DNA of 47,071 nucleotides from Bdellovibrionota bacterium (GTDB lineage Bacteria; Bdellovibrionota_C; UBA2361; JBGSMV01): NCBI GenBank assembly GCA_041739995.1, contig JBGSMV010000004.1, positions 1 to 47,071 of the forward strand, read 5' to 3'. Shown piece by piece: positions 38,479 to 47,071 of this stretch (position 1 is its first letter; each line of letters starts with the position of its first letter). The notes under the pieces were generated by a model. It saw only the letters and a program-made list of their open reading frames with translations, ran no database searches and was not told where the DNA came from. The position numbers and the translations under genes were made by a program.

Positions 38479-39327
38479 ATGCTGATTTCCGATAAGACAT
38501 CTCCTGGCGGCCATAAAGGGGCATCGACGATTGGTGATGCAGGGCGCGAAGGTGAGCACATAGAAGGTCACGCAGACGAGTTTTCCCCACAAGGGTTTCC
38601 GCGACTAATGGAAATCAAGCTCCAAGGCCCAGTGCTACGCGGCCTTCCCGAGTTACCTCTATTCACCTTGTCCTTGTCGGCTATCGGGCTTTTGTTTGTC
38701 TTGTCTGGATTGAGTCCAGAAATTGCGAAGAGTCCAGTGCCGAGCGCGGGGCTCCTCGTTCTTGTGCTGTGTCTCCCTGTTTTTGTGCTTGAGCGGGTGG
38801 TGCTGTGGCAGATGGTGCGAAGTCGCGCCAACGGGATGAAGCCGTGTGTTGAAGAGCTCAAAAGATTGCGCGGGTCGTTGTACAATTACCTTACGGGGCT
38901 CGATAAGCGAACGATGCGGTACTTCCACTGCGTTACCAACAGTAAAGTAGTGACATACTTCATGCTGCGTCAGATCGAGAACTCTCTGACGGAACTATTA
39001 GTAGAATTTGATAGGCTCTATCTCACTGCCAACCAGACTAATTTATTTGGAATCCAAGAACGCTTGCGCGGCAATCTTGATTATCGTGATGGCTTTGTCT
39101 TCAATTCAGGGAGACTTTTGCATTGTCCGATTGCCTTTCTTCCCAGCCGAGTGCACGAGCTAGTGAATGAACTCGAGCGTGGCATCGGTATGATAGAGTC
39201 AGAGATAGAAGCGTTCCGAGACCAGGTGTCCGGCACTAAACAAGGACGGCACCGAGATCCCTATTCTGAAGGTGGCGAAGATTTTACGCCGGTTACCCCG
39301 ACTGTGGTGACTAAAGAGCCAAAATAG
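38479..39327 (+). CDS. Hypothetical membrane protein (2 TM plus helical domain)
   Basis: Two hydrophobic segments followed by coiled helices; start uncertain. Confidence 0.7.
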   Translation: MLISDKTSPGGHKGASTIGDAGREGEHIEGHADEFSPQGFPRLMEIKLQGPVLRGLPELPLFTLSLSAIGLLFVLSGLSPEIAKSPVPSAGLLVLVLCLPVFVLERVVLWQMVRSRANGMKPCVEELKRLRGSLYNYLTGLDKRTMRYFHCVTNSKVVTYFMLRQIENSLTELLVEFDRLYLTANQTNLFGIQERLRGNLDYRDGFVFNSGRLLHCPIAFLPSRVHELVNELERGIGMIESEIEAFRDQVSGTKQGRHRDPYSEGGEDFTPVTPTVVTKEPK

Positions 39328-39612
39328 CCAATTCCACAAAGAATCACATTCCTTGATGCCTGTTCAAGCAATGGCAGCTACCTGCCCCAGGTATTGGGAA
39401 ATATGAATACAAAACGTGGCGAGGGGAAAAGTTAGAAAAAGTGGTCCAGGAGAGCGCAGTACGTAAAAACAACCTGTGTGTTGGGATTCAGAGTTAACTA
39501 AATCAGCTTCACACAAACCAAAAAGTCCATTGCCTCAATGTTAGCTTTAAACCTGTCGTGTTCAATCTAAGGCTTTCGCCATTAGGTGAATCTGAAAGGT
39601 AGCTTCCTTAAC

Positions 39613-39782
39613 CTCTGCGTCAAACCGGGTTTCCTGTCCTCCTACAGCTCTCCGCCAAAGTGGCTTTAAAGCGCTCTAGGAGGACCGGACAACCAAACCT
39701 GGTGAAAACCAAAAAACCGTTCTGCACTGCGCCCCCTGGATAAGGATGAGCTGTGTGCCTCACTTACTATTATGACGCAGAG
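39613..39782 (+). ncRNA. Candidate structured non-coding RNA (~170 nt), family unrecognised
   Basis: Nested stems CTCTGCGTCA/TGACGCAGAG, ACCGGGTTT/AAACCTGGT, GTCCTCCTA/TAGGAGGAC, GCCA/TGGC in a long intergenic gap. Confidence 0.5.
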
Positions 39783-39976
39783 ACGCTCGAATTCGGATGT
39801 AAATTTTTTGTCACATCCTTTTGGCAACTGATAGCCAGGCCAGAGGCATCAAACTTTCATTAGAAATTGACTGTATTGGCAGCCTGATTGGGGGGAGAGA
39901 TCGCGCCTTTCAAGTGCTCGAAAAGCGAGCAATCTTTAGCCATTCGGTTGTCAGCACTTTAGAGATAACTCATCGC

Positions 39977-40972
39977 ATGAGCTCCATCGGCGCATATTCA
40001 ACAACCTACAATTGTAGGGAGATGCACTACCCATTTCGGGAAGCGATTGAGTCGTGGCTAGGGTTTGCGGATGAGGTGGTGCTTGTTGATGCCGGCAGCA
40101 CTGATGGTACCTGGGAGGAAATCTCATCGTGGGCCAATCGGGAGAGTCGGCTGAAGGTCTTTCAAGAACCGGTCGACTTTTCTCATCGTCGCTGGGCTAT
40201 TCGCATGGACGGGTTTCTGAAGGCCAAGTCTAGAGGCCATTGTACTGCTGAGTATCTCTGGCAGGTGGATAACGATGAGATCGTTCCTCCTGCGGACTGC
40301 CAGCGTATCCGTCAGCTTCCGCAAATTCTTCAGGGAGTGCTCACAGAGTTTCCGGTGGTCCACATGCCCATGGTTGAGTTTTGGGGGACTCTCGATCGCG
40401 TGCGCGCAGATTTTGTGTCGTGGAAGCCACGATTCAGCCCGAATGATCCGCGCATCACCCATGGTATCCCGCTTGAATTCCGGATGGTAGACCGCTACGG
40501 AGACGAGTACCCGCGTCCATTTGAATCAGATTCTTGCAACTATATCTATCGGGACACACGCGAGAGTGTGCGGGTGTTGTTCCCACTAAAACTTCCGCCC
40601 TCTCTGTCAGATCCAAAAATTGTAGAAGAATTTTACAATACCGGACTCGATCAGTTTCCGTGCGTACTGCATGCCTCGTGGTTGAGCCTTCACCGGAAAC
40701 TGCGCCATTACAAGAACTTTTGGCCATCGTTTCACTCCTCGATGTATAACCTTGATGACGCAGATCTCCCGAAGAAAAATGCGATGTTCGATAAACGCTG
40801 GTCTGAGGTGACTGACAGTGACATTGATCTAAAAGTTAAAGAGCTGCTTACCCGTGGCCCCTATTTCTTTGGTGATAAATCTCGGCAAAAGGAGAAGGCC
40901 CTTACTATCCCTTATCGCGGTGAAATTCCGGCATCACTGCGAGATTGGTTCTTGAGAGAGTCACAGGCATGA
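39977..40972 (+). CDS. GT2-family glycosyltransferase
   Basis: DEVVLVDAGSTDGT, DNDE (DxD-like); ATG 39977 preferred over TTG 39821. Confidence 0.85.
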   Translation: MSSIGAYSTTYNCREMHYPFREAIESWLGFADEVVLVDAGSTDGTWEEISSWANRESRLKVFQEPVDFSHRRWAIRMDGFLKAKSRGHCTAEYLWQVDNDEIVPPADCQRIRQLPQILQGVLTEFPVVHMPMVEFWGTLDRVRADFVSWKPRFSPNDPRITHGIPLEFRMVDRYGDEYPRPFESDSCNYIYRDTRESVRVLFPLKLPPSLSDPKIVEEFYNTGLDQFPCVLHASWLSLHRKLRHYKNFWPSFHSSMYNLDDADLPKKNAMFDKRWSEVTDSDIDLKVKELLTRGPYFFGDKSRQKEKALTIPYRGEIPASLRDWFLRESQA

Positions 40973-43386
40973 TCCAGGGACGTGTATCCGTTATCATCCC
41001 CGCCTATAACTACGGGCGCTATCTTGAGGAGGCGGTAAGAAGCGTCCAGGCGCAGAGCTATAGAGATTGGGATATCACCATTGTTGATGATGGCAGCACC
41101 GATGATACGCCAATTGTCGGTGCGCGGCTTGCAAAGGAGGATCCGATTCGCATTCGGTTCTATCGAAAAGAGAACGGAGGAGTAGCGGCAGCTCGGAACT
41201 TTGCCATCTCGCTCTCAGAGGGCGAATTCATCATGCCGCTGGATGCGGATGATGTACTGATGCCTTGTGCGCTCCAAGATTTCGTCCAAGCGCTTCGTGA
41301 TGATCCACAGAGTGGTTACTCCTACTCAAATTTAGAGAACGTGAACGTGCTGCCGGGCGACCAACGCCTGTGGCATCAGGGCCCCTTTATGCGCGGAAGG
41401 GTCACTTTAGAGAACACCGCTGCCTCGGCTTCGATGTGGAGGCGATCGCTCTTTGACGCCGGGGTACGTTATCGACGCATGATCTTTGAAGACTGGGACT
41501 TGTGGCTTCAAATCATCGCGCACGGATTTAGGGCCTATTACATTCCAAAGGTGCTGTTTCAGTACCGTCTTCATCTGTCCGGACGAACGGCTCGCAACAG
41601 GTATTTATACTTTCCTGGAATGCTGGAGGTCGCTCGCGCAAATCCGACCATCGGCGAGGCCCACATGGTTACCTGGGCTGAATCCTGTTTGCAGAATTCC
41701 CCGTCGTGCTGGGAAAAATGCAGCGTAGTCTTTCTGCCTGCGACCGAAAGCGAAGTTGCGCGTAATTTTTCAGGCCCGATGCTCGGTTTGGCCGGGGCTT
41801 TCGTTCAGCAAGGACATTTTTGCGCAGCGCTTGGCTCCTATCGTTCCAGTAATCAGCTGTGTGACGGAGTGGCGCTGCTTGGAATCGGCGCGTTTTCGCT
41901 GGATGCAGTTTTGCACAAGCTGGGAATGTTAGGCTCGTCAGTTTTGGTGATAAGCGAGCTGTCTGGGGAGTTTAATGAACTGATCGAGGCGCAGCGAAAC
42001 ATCAGCGCAGTAGTCTCTTTGCGAACGGGGGAGGAGCCTTCCTCCACTCTGACCCAGGAGCTAATTGTTCGCCGTAATCGTTTCATCTGGCGGGGCGAAG
42101 AGGAGCTAACTGCTGAGAGCGTCGCAGAGAAGCTCATCGAAATGACGAACACCTGCCACCGCCTGAAGCGAGATGAGGACGTAAACTTCTGGGACCGAGT
42201 AAACGCTCTCAGCACGCTTGCTCATGTTAAAACGAGCATAAAAGGTGCGGCCGACCAGGTAACTATTATAGTGGCATTGGATGAGATCTTCAGCGCAGGA
42301 ATTACAAACACAGCGCTTCAGGCATCACTTGCGAGTGTGCGCCGGTGCGCTGGGAACGCGAGGGTGATTCTGCTGGAGTCCGGAACTCAATCGCTTGGGA
42401 GGCCAGAAATTCAGGCAATAGCCCAGAGTCACAATGCCGAGCACCGCTACTTTCGGCGCAGGGAGGGATACTCGCGAAGTACCCTCATTAATCAGGTGCT
42501 TCCAGAGATTGGAACTCAATACATCTTAATCGCGAAGGCAGGCGCAATCTTTGAAGCAGTTGCTTTTGACGCGATTTCTACTTGTATCGAGGAATTTCCA
42601 AAGCAAGATCTATTCTTTGGAGAGTGTGCGGCACTAAAGGTCCTGGCTGAACGAGAGTTCGTGGAGCAGCCATACTCGTTGCGTGGAGCGGCTTTCTTGC
42701 GCCATGAGACGCAGCCGAGTCTGGCGCTGATACGAACAGAATGGCTGAGGTCTATCGAAGGCTTCTGCGAAGAGCTCTTAGAGGAAGGAGCAGACCTTGA
42801 CGAGCTTCGCTGGCAGGCAGAAACCCTTGGGGTGCGCTTGGTCTGGCTTCCTACCGCGTTGGCGCTTCACCCTTGGCATATCTCGAGAGCTACGCTTGCG
42901 GCATTTACTCACAACAAGTCAGTGCTGCGTCGCTACAAGCAGATGCCGCGGCATGCCATGAGGCGACTATTAATGGAACCCGAACGAAGTTCACCGCTGG
43001 CACAGCCAAGTCCGGAGCGCCGGGAACTTGAGGCCAAGTTGTTTGCGCTTGCCCATAGAGTTGAAGCGGCGCTCCGGGTTGGGCAAGGCGGACCAGTAGC
43101 GCAGGCTCAGGTTCTGGCTCAATGGGGTGACACCTGCGTGGTGGACGGAGAGCACCTCAGCGCTCGGCAAGCGCTTGAAGATGCCGAAGCGTTGGACCCG
43201 GAGAGCCTCGATGTCGCCCTTGGACTCGCGCGTGTCGCGGCACTTAATGGCAAAGTGATAACTATTGGGCACTACGCCAGCAAAGCTCTGCGTTGTGATC
43301 CGCACAATCAGGATGCGAGAACGTTGCTCGAAGCACTTAACGTCACCTGGTTCAAAGACAGTGAGGTTGTAAGTGAAAGAGGCTAA
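40969..43386 (+). CDS. Multidomain GT2 glycosyltransferase with degenerate second GT-like region and C-terminal TPR
   Basis: VSVIIPAYN, VDDGSTD, NGGVAAARN, LDADD, EDWDLW; TPR-like C-terminus; ATGA overlap with the previous stop. Confidence 0.9.
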   Translation: MIQGRVSVIIPAYNYGRYLEEAVRSVQAQSYRDWDITIVDDGSTDDTPIVGARLAKEDPIRIRFYRKENGGVAAARNFAISLSEGEFIMPLDADDVLMPCALQDFVQALRDDPQSGYSYSNLENVNVLPGDQRLWHQGPFMRGRVTLENTAASASMWRRSLFDAGVRYRRMIFEDWDLWLQIIAHGFRAYYIPKVLFQYRLHLSGRTARNRYLYFPGMLEVARANPTIGEAHMVTWAESCLQNSPSCWEKCSVVFLPATESEVARNFSGPMLGLAGAFVQQGHFCAALGSYRSSNQLCDGVALLGIGAFSLDAVLHKLGMLGSSVLVISELSGEFNELIEAQRNISAVVSLRTGEEPSSTLTQELIVRRNRFIWRGEEELTAESVAEKLIEMTNTCHRLKRDEDVNFWDRVNALSTLAHVKTSIKGAADQVTIIVALDEIFSAGITNTALQASLASVRRCAGNARVILLESGTQSLGRPEIQAIAQSHNAEHRYFRRREGYSRSTLINQVLPEIGTQYILIAKAGAIFEAVAFDAISTCIEEFPKQDLFFGECAALKVLAEREFVEQPYSLRGAAFLRHETQPSLALIRTEWLRSIEGFCEELLEEGADLDELRWQAETLGVRLVWLPTALALHPWHISRATLAAFTHNKSVLRRYKQMPRHAMRRLLMEPERSSPLAQPSPERRELEAKLFALAHRVEAALRVGQGGPVAQAQVLAQWGDTCVVDGEHLSARQALEDAEALDPESLDVALGLARVAALNGKVITIGHYASKALRCDPHNQDARTLLEALNVTWFKDSEVVSERG

Positions 43387-45097
43387 ATTTTCAGTAGTCA
43401 CGGTTTCGTATCAGCATGCCGATTTTATTCGGCAGACTATCGAGTCAGTGATGCTCCAAAGCTACCCTGCGGTTGAGCATATCGTGGTTGACGGTGGATC
43501 CACCGATGGCACGCTTGAGATTTTGAAAGCGTATCCACATTTAATTTGGACTTCGGAGCCGGACCGTGGGCAGTCGCATGCGCTTAACAAGGGCTTTGCC
43601 CGTGCGACCGGAGACATCATTGCTTGGATCAACTCTGACGATTGGTATCCGCCAGGACTGTTCAAGGACGTGGCTCTTGCTCTCGAGGATTACCCGATCG
43701 TGATGGGATCGTGTGAGGTGTGCGACAAGTATGGGGTGCGCCAACATGTCGTGAAGAACTACGAGCGTACTTGGCATGATCTTCTAAAGTATTGGGTTTT
43801 TTGCTCAAGCCCTGCACAGCCATCCATATTTTTTCGTCGCGAAGTGCTTGAGGAAGTAAAATATGCCGCAGGAAAGTATTTGGATGAAGATCTTGAGTTC
43901 TGCATGGATCTCGACTTGTGGCTAAGAATTGCGGAGCGCTATTCGCTGGTGCGACGAATGCCAAAAGTGTTCTCCTACTTGAGAACCTATGACACGAACA
44001 AAACAGGGGAGATGATGGATCTCACCTATCGCGAAATGTCTCGTGTCTACGAACGTCACGCGCGTCGGCGCGTGATGGCTGAAACGGCGCATAGCGTGGT
44101 CATTCCCGCGCAAGAGTTTTCGGAAGGACTTCTTGCCTCGGTAGAATCTTTTAAGAAAATCCCTGCGAAGTCAGCAGAGATGCTGGTAGTTGATCATGGC
44201 TCCCAGCCAGAGGAAGCGAAGCGATTGCGAAGAAAGGTTTTAGAGCTTGCACGCACTGTTCCTCACAATACCCTACGTTATGTCAGGGCTAGTCCCGGAC
44301 ATCAGTTCGAGGCGCTGACCCATGCCATTAAGGCGGTGCGTTCGCCGATTCTTACTGTAATGCAACCTGGTGATGTATTAGCTCCTGATTGGATTCAGTC
44401 GTGCGATCGTGCCTTCGAGCGGGACAACACTGCTTTGGCTTTGATGTACGGAGACGACCCCAAGGAGAAGGAACAGTTCCTGCTTCGTACTGAAAAAGGC
44501 GTCGCGTTCCGTACCGACGCGATATTCGTGGCTCCGCGCATACTTCCGAACTTTGTGGCACGTACGGTGGCACTACTTGAACTTGGAGGTTTTAAAGGAA
44601 GCGCTGAGTCCGAGGGCACGAACCCGCTTTGTGCAATGCGACAACTGCTACTACGAATTCTCTACAAGGGCTGGGCTATTCTTGGAGAACATACCCTCCG
44701 ACTTCCTCAACACTCTCGTCCTTTCGCCGCAGAGGAGGCGCTACTGCCAGTATTTCAGTTGTATATCAATGCGCAGATGATTGTGGATCTAGTAAAGGAG
44801 TCAAAGCTGGAGCCATTCTTCGAGGAGCGCAGTGTTCACCAGTTCACGATAGTTTTCCCTGAGAATATTTCGAGTAGTGCTGAGAAATTAATGCAGACGG
44901 TTCCACTCGACTGGGCCGACGTGCTTTTAGCACGAGGGGACCGGGCAAAGTTAGAGAGTTGGGTGCAGCGTGCGCCGCAGTTCATTCCGGCGTGGATGTT
45001 ACTCGGAGAAATTGCCGAGAGTGGCCAGGATATGCAGCTTGCCGAGCGGGTTCAAAGTGGAATGTCCGCGGCGCAGGCAAACATTGCGACGCTCTAA
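43373..45097 (+). CDS. GT2 glycosyltransferase with second degenerate GT2-like domain
   Basis: VDGGSTDGT, SEPDRGQSHALNKG, WINSDD, QPSIFFR, MDLDLWLR. Confidence 0.92.
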   Translation: MKEAKFSVVTVSYQHADFIRQTIESVMLQSYPAVEHIVVDGGSTDGTLEILKAYPHLIWTSEPDRGQSHALNKGFARATGDIIAWINSDDWYPPGLFKDVALALEDYPIVMGSCEVCDKYGVRQHVVKNYERTWHDLLKYWVFCSSPAQPSIFFRREVLEEVKYAAGKYLDEDLEFCMDLDLWLRIAERYSLVRRMPKVFSYLRTYDTNKTGEMMDLTYREMSRVYERHARRRVMAETAHSVVIPAQEFSEGLLASVESFKKIPAKSAEMLVVDHGSQPEEAKRLRRKVLELARTVPHNTLRYVRASPGHQFEALTHAIKAVRSPILTVMQPGDVLAPDWIQSCDRAFERDNTALALMYGDDPKEKEQFLLRTEKGVAFRTDAIFVAPRILPNFVARTVALLELGGFKGSAESEGTNPLCAMRQLLLRILYKGWAILGEHTLRLPQHSRPFAAEEALLPVFQLYINAQMIVDLVKESKLEPFFEERSVHQFTIVFPENISSSAEKLMQTVPLDWADVLLARGDRAKLESWVQRAPQFIPAWMLLGEIAESGQDMQLAERVQSGMSAAQANIATL

Positions 45098-45136
45098 TGA
45101 CGGCGCTAAGGAACACTCCACCCTGTTTAACCTAAC

Positions 45137-46799
45137 TTATTTTGCATGCGCTTTCGCGGCGGCTGAAATCGCCTCTCCGGCGCTCCAAAACACATTACTG
45201 GTTGGGGCGCGGTGAATAAGACCGCCTCGCGAGAGCAGAGATTCAACTGCGGGGTTCAGACCAGCAAACAGAAGTTTTGCCCCGTGTCGCTCAAGGCGCT
45301 CAGAAAGTTCGGAGAGGGTCATGAGACCAGACGAGTCAATTAGCGGGACGCCTCTCATTGAAAGGATTAGTGAGTGGGTGTTGTCGAGTTTTTTGAGTGC
45401 CTCGACGAAGTGCCCAGTGGCAGCAAAAAATAGTGGTCCAGTCACATAAGCGACCGTTATGTTCTGGTAGTGCTCGACATCTGATTTGCCGACTGGGTCG
45501 AGCCTAGTTGGGTCAACTGGGCTCAGTGATACGGTCAGATGAGACGCCTGATTCAGGAACATAAGCGCAGAAATCGAGACTCCAATAAGGATCGCCCAGG
45601 TCAGGTCGAGGCTGATAGTGGCAATTAAGGTGACAAGAAACTTGGTGATCGCCGTGAAGAGACGCTTGTTGAAGTAAAAGCGCAGGGCGTGCCACTCATT
45701 CATTCTGCAAGCCGTGGCGATGAGGACTCCCGCCAGAGCGGGGAGAGGCACTCGGGAAATAATTGGGGCGAAGAACCACATCGAGATGAGCAGTGCCAAT
45801 GCATGAATGATACTTACGGCCCGAGTCTGACCGCCTGACTTGATGGCAACAGAGGTGCGGGCGATTGCGGCGGTAGCAGGGACGCCACCACAAAAAGGGA
45901 TCAACATATTGCCCAGGCCCTGCGCGATGAGTTCTTGATTCGCATGCAGAGGTTTACCGGTCATCTTTCCAGCGACGGCGCCGCATAGCAGCGATTCAAC
46001 GGCGCCCAGGGCGGTAATGGAGAGGGTGGGTACGATATATTTTTCTATGGAGATCCAATCCAGCGAAGCGAAAGTGAGATGGTGGGTGAGTAGGAGGGAC
46101 CGCGGAATCTCCCGAATCGTATCTACTGGAAACTCGAAGAGGATCTCTGCAGCGGTCGCTAAAATGATGGCGAGGAAGGTGGCAGGAAAGCGATTGCCGA
46201 GGCGCGCGGGCCACAGCAAAATGAGAAACGCCACTGCTAGGCCCATAATGAGCGAGTATGGATTGATCTCGAATGAATGCTGAGTAAGTGCGAGGAGTTT
46301 AAGAACTGCTGAGTCTGCGTTCGGCGAGTTGATGCCAAACAAGTTGTCGAGTTGTCCGACCATGATGATGACAGCGATGCCAGAGGTAAATCCGGAGATG
46401 ACGGGAGCGGGGACGAAGGCCACGAAGCGACCAAGTTTCAAGATTCCCAATAGAAAGAGTAGAATTCCTGAAAGCGCACCCGAGATCCAAACTGCTTCGA
46501 GACCATAGCGTTGAGCGAGAACAATGAGAACCGCACTCATTGCGCCGGTCGGTCCAGAGATTTGGTAGGGGGCGCCCGACAGCGAACCGATCACAATTCC
46601 TGCGATGATGGCAGTTACAAGACCTGCGGCAGCGGTGGAGCCAGAAGCGACTCCGAAGGCCAATGCTAGCGGTAAGGCGACAGCGGCGACCGTTAGTCCC
46701 GCGTAGAGATCACTGCGAAACGTTCGCCAGGAGTAGTTCGAAAACTCGTCGCGGTATGACTGAAAAGCTTAGCAAATGAGCTTTGATAGCGGCAGGCAT
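45137..46799 (-). CDS. SulP-family anion transporter with STAS domain; apparent +1 frameshift near 5' end
   Basis: GPTGAM, GFTSGIA, QELIAQGLGN, STAS GPLFFA...IDSSG. The conserved N-terminus DLYAGLTVAAVALPLALAF extends upstream of 46663, but ATG 46799 is in another frame. Confidence 0.9.
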
Positions 46800-47071
46800 A
46801 AATCCTAATATTCTCTGTATTGTTATGTAGTTAGGGGCGGCACAAGCAAAAATTGGGCGGAGGTGTAGGTGACATGGCAGGAGTTCGTAAACAATGGAAA
46901 GGAAATTCTGATAACTTAACTCCCATGACCCCCGATAAGCCTCATAAAAAAGGTTACCAAAGAGAAGCTGTTTGAGTGGTTGAAGCCTCATAATTCCAGT
47001 TACCGAACTTTTATAAGGTTCTGGAAATATGAGAGAAATAGTAGGTTTTGACGAGTTAAAGCACCGCTACT

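Noticed and set aside
39613..39782. Retron msr-msd or 6S RNA
   Set aside because: No reverse transcriptase nearby, and the internal loop is too asymmetric for a 6S rod; kept only as an unassigned candidate
4818..46440. Other GAAACTT occurrences (near 4818, 7333, 14853, 16144, 28560, 30334, 38219, 45637, 46433)
   Set aside because: None is followed by CCGA at 13-nt spacing, and most lie inside CDSs
327..46991. Numerous short overlapping or antisense ORFs in the six-frame track (e.g. 25673-26128, 17902-18180, 32363-32689, 37993-38274)
   Set aside because: They are shadows of confident genes or span repeats, with no recognisable motifs or start signals
1..47071. rRNA, tRNA, CRISPR array, prophage or defence island
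   Set aside because: No cloverleaf, rRNA signature, regularly spaced repeats, phage structural genes or recognisable defence domains were seen on manual reading

Overview
Bacterial chromosomal window of moderate GC. The gene content suggests a Bdellovibrionota/Myxococcota-like lineage (inference only). From left to right it holds: the 3' end of a probable Y1/RAYT-like transposase; a TetR-MFP-RND efflux operon; GTP-dependent PEP carboxykinase; a stand-alone pesticin-type muramidase; an AspC/TyrB aminotransferase; a compact non-flagellar type III secretion-like locus (FliA-like sigma factor, SctJ, SctQ-like, small needle/rod-like protein, SctV, TPR lipoprotein); two divergent atypical response regulators; an ECF sigma factor; a lipid-carrier glycosyltransferase and flippase-like pair; apt; two divergent FlgO-like lipoproteins; cupin, HAD and PfkB enzymes; several orphan ORFs; a three-gene GT2 cluster; and a SulP transporter with a 5' frameshift. 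The strongest signal not explained by the gene list is a bipartite motif, GAAACTT-N13-CCGA. It occurs four times, always intergenic and oriented toward a gene: the sigma gene, the needle-like/sctV operon, the muramidase and an orphan exported protein. This suggests a dedicated-sigma regulon linking a reduced T3SS to a peptidoglycan hydrolase. Also seen are two families of small dispersed repeats and two candidate structured RNAs. No rRNA, tRNA or CRISPR array was recognised. All calls come from reading the sequence; no database searches were run.
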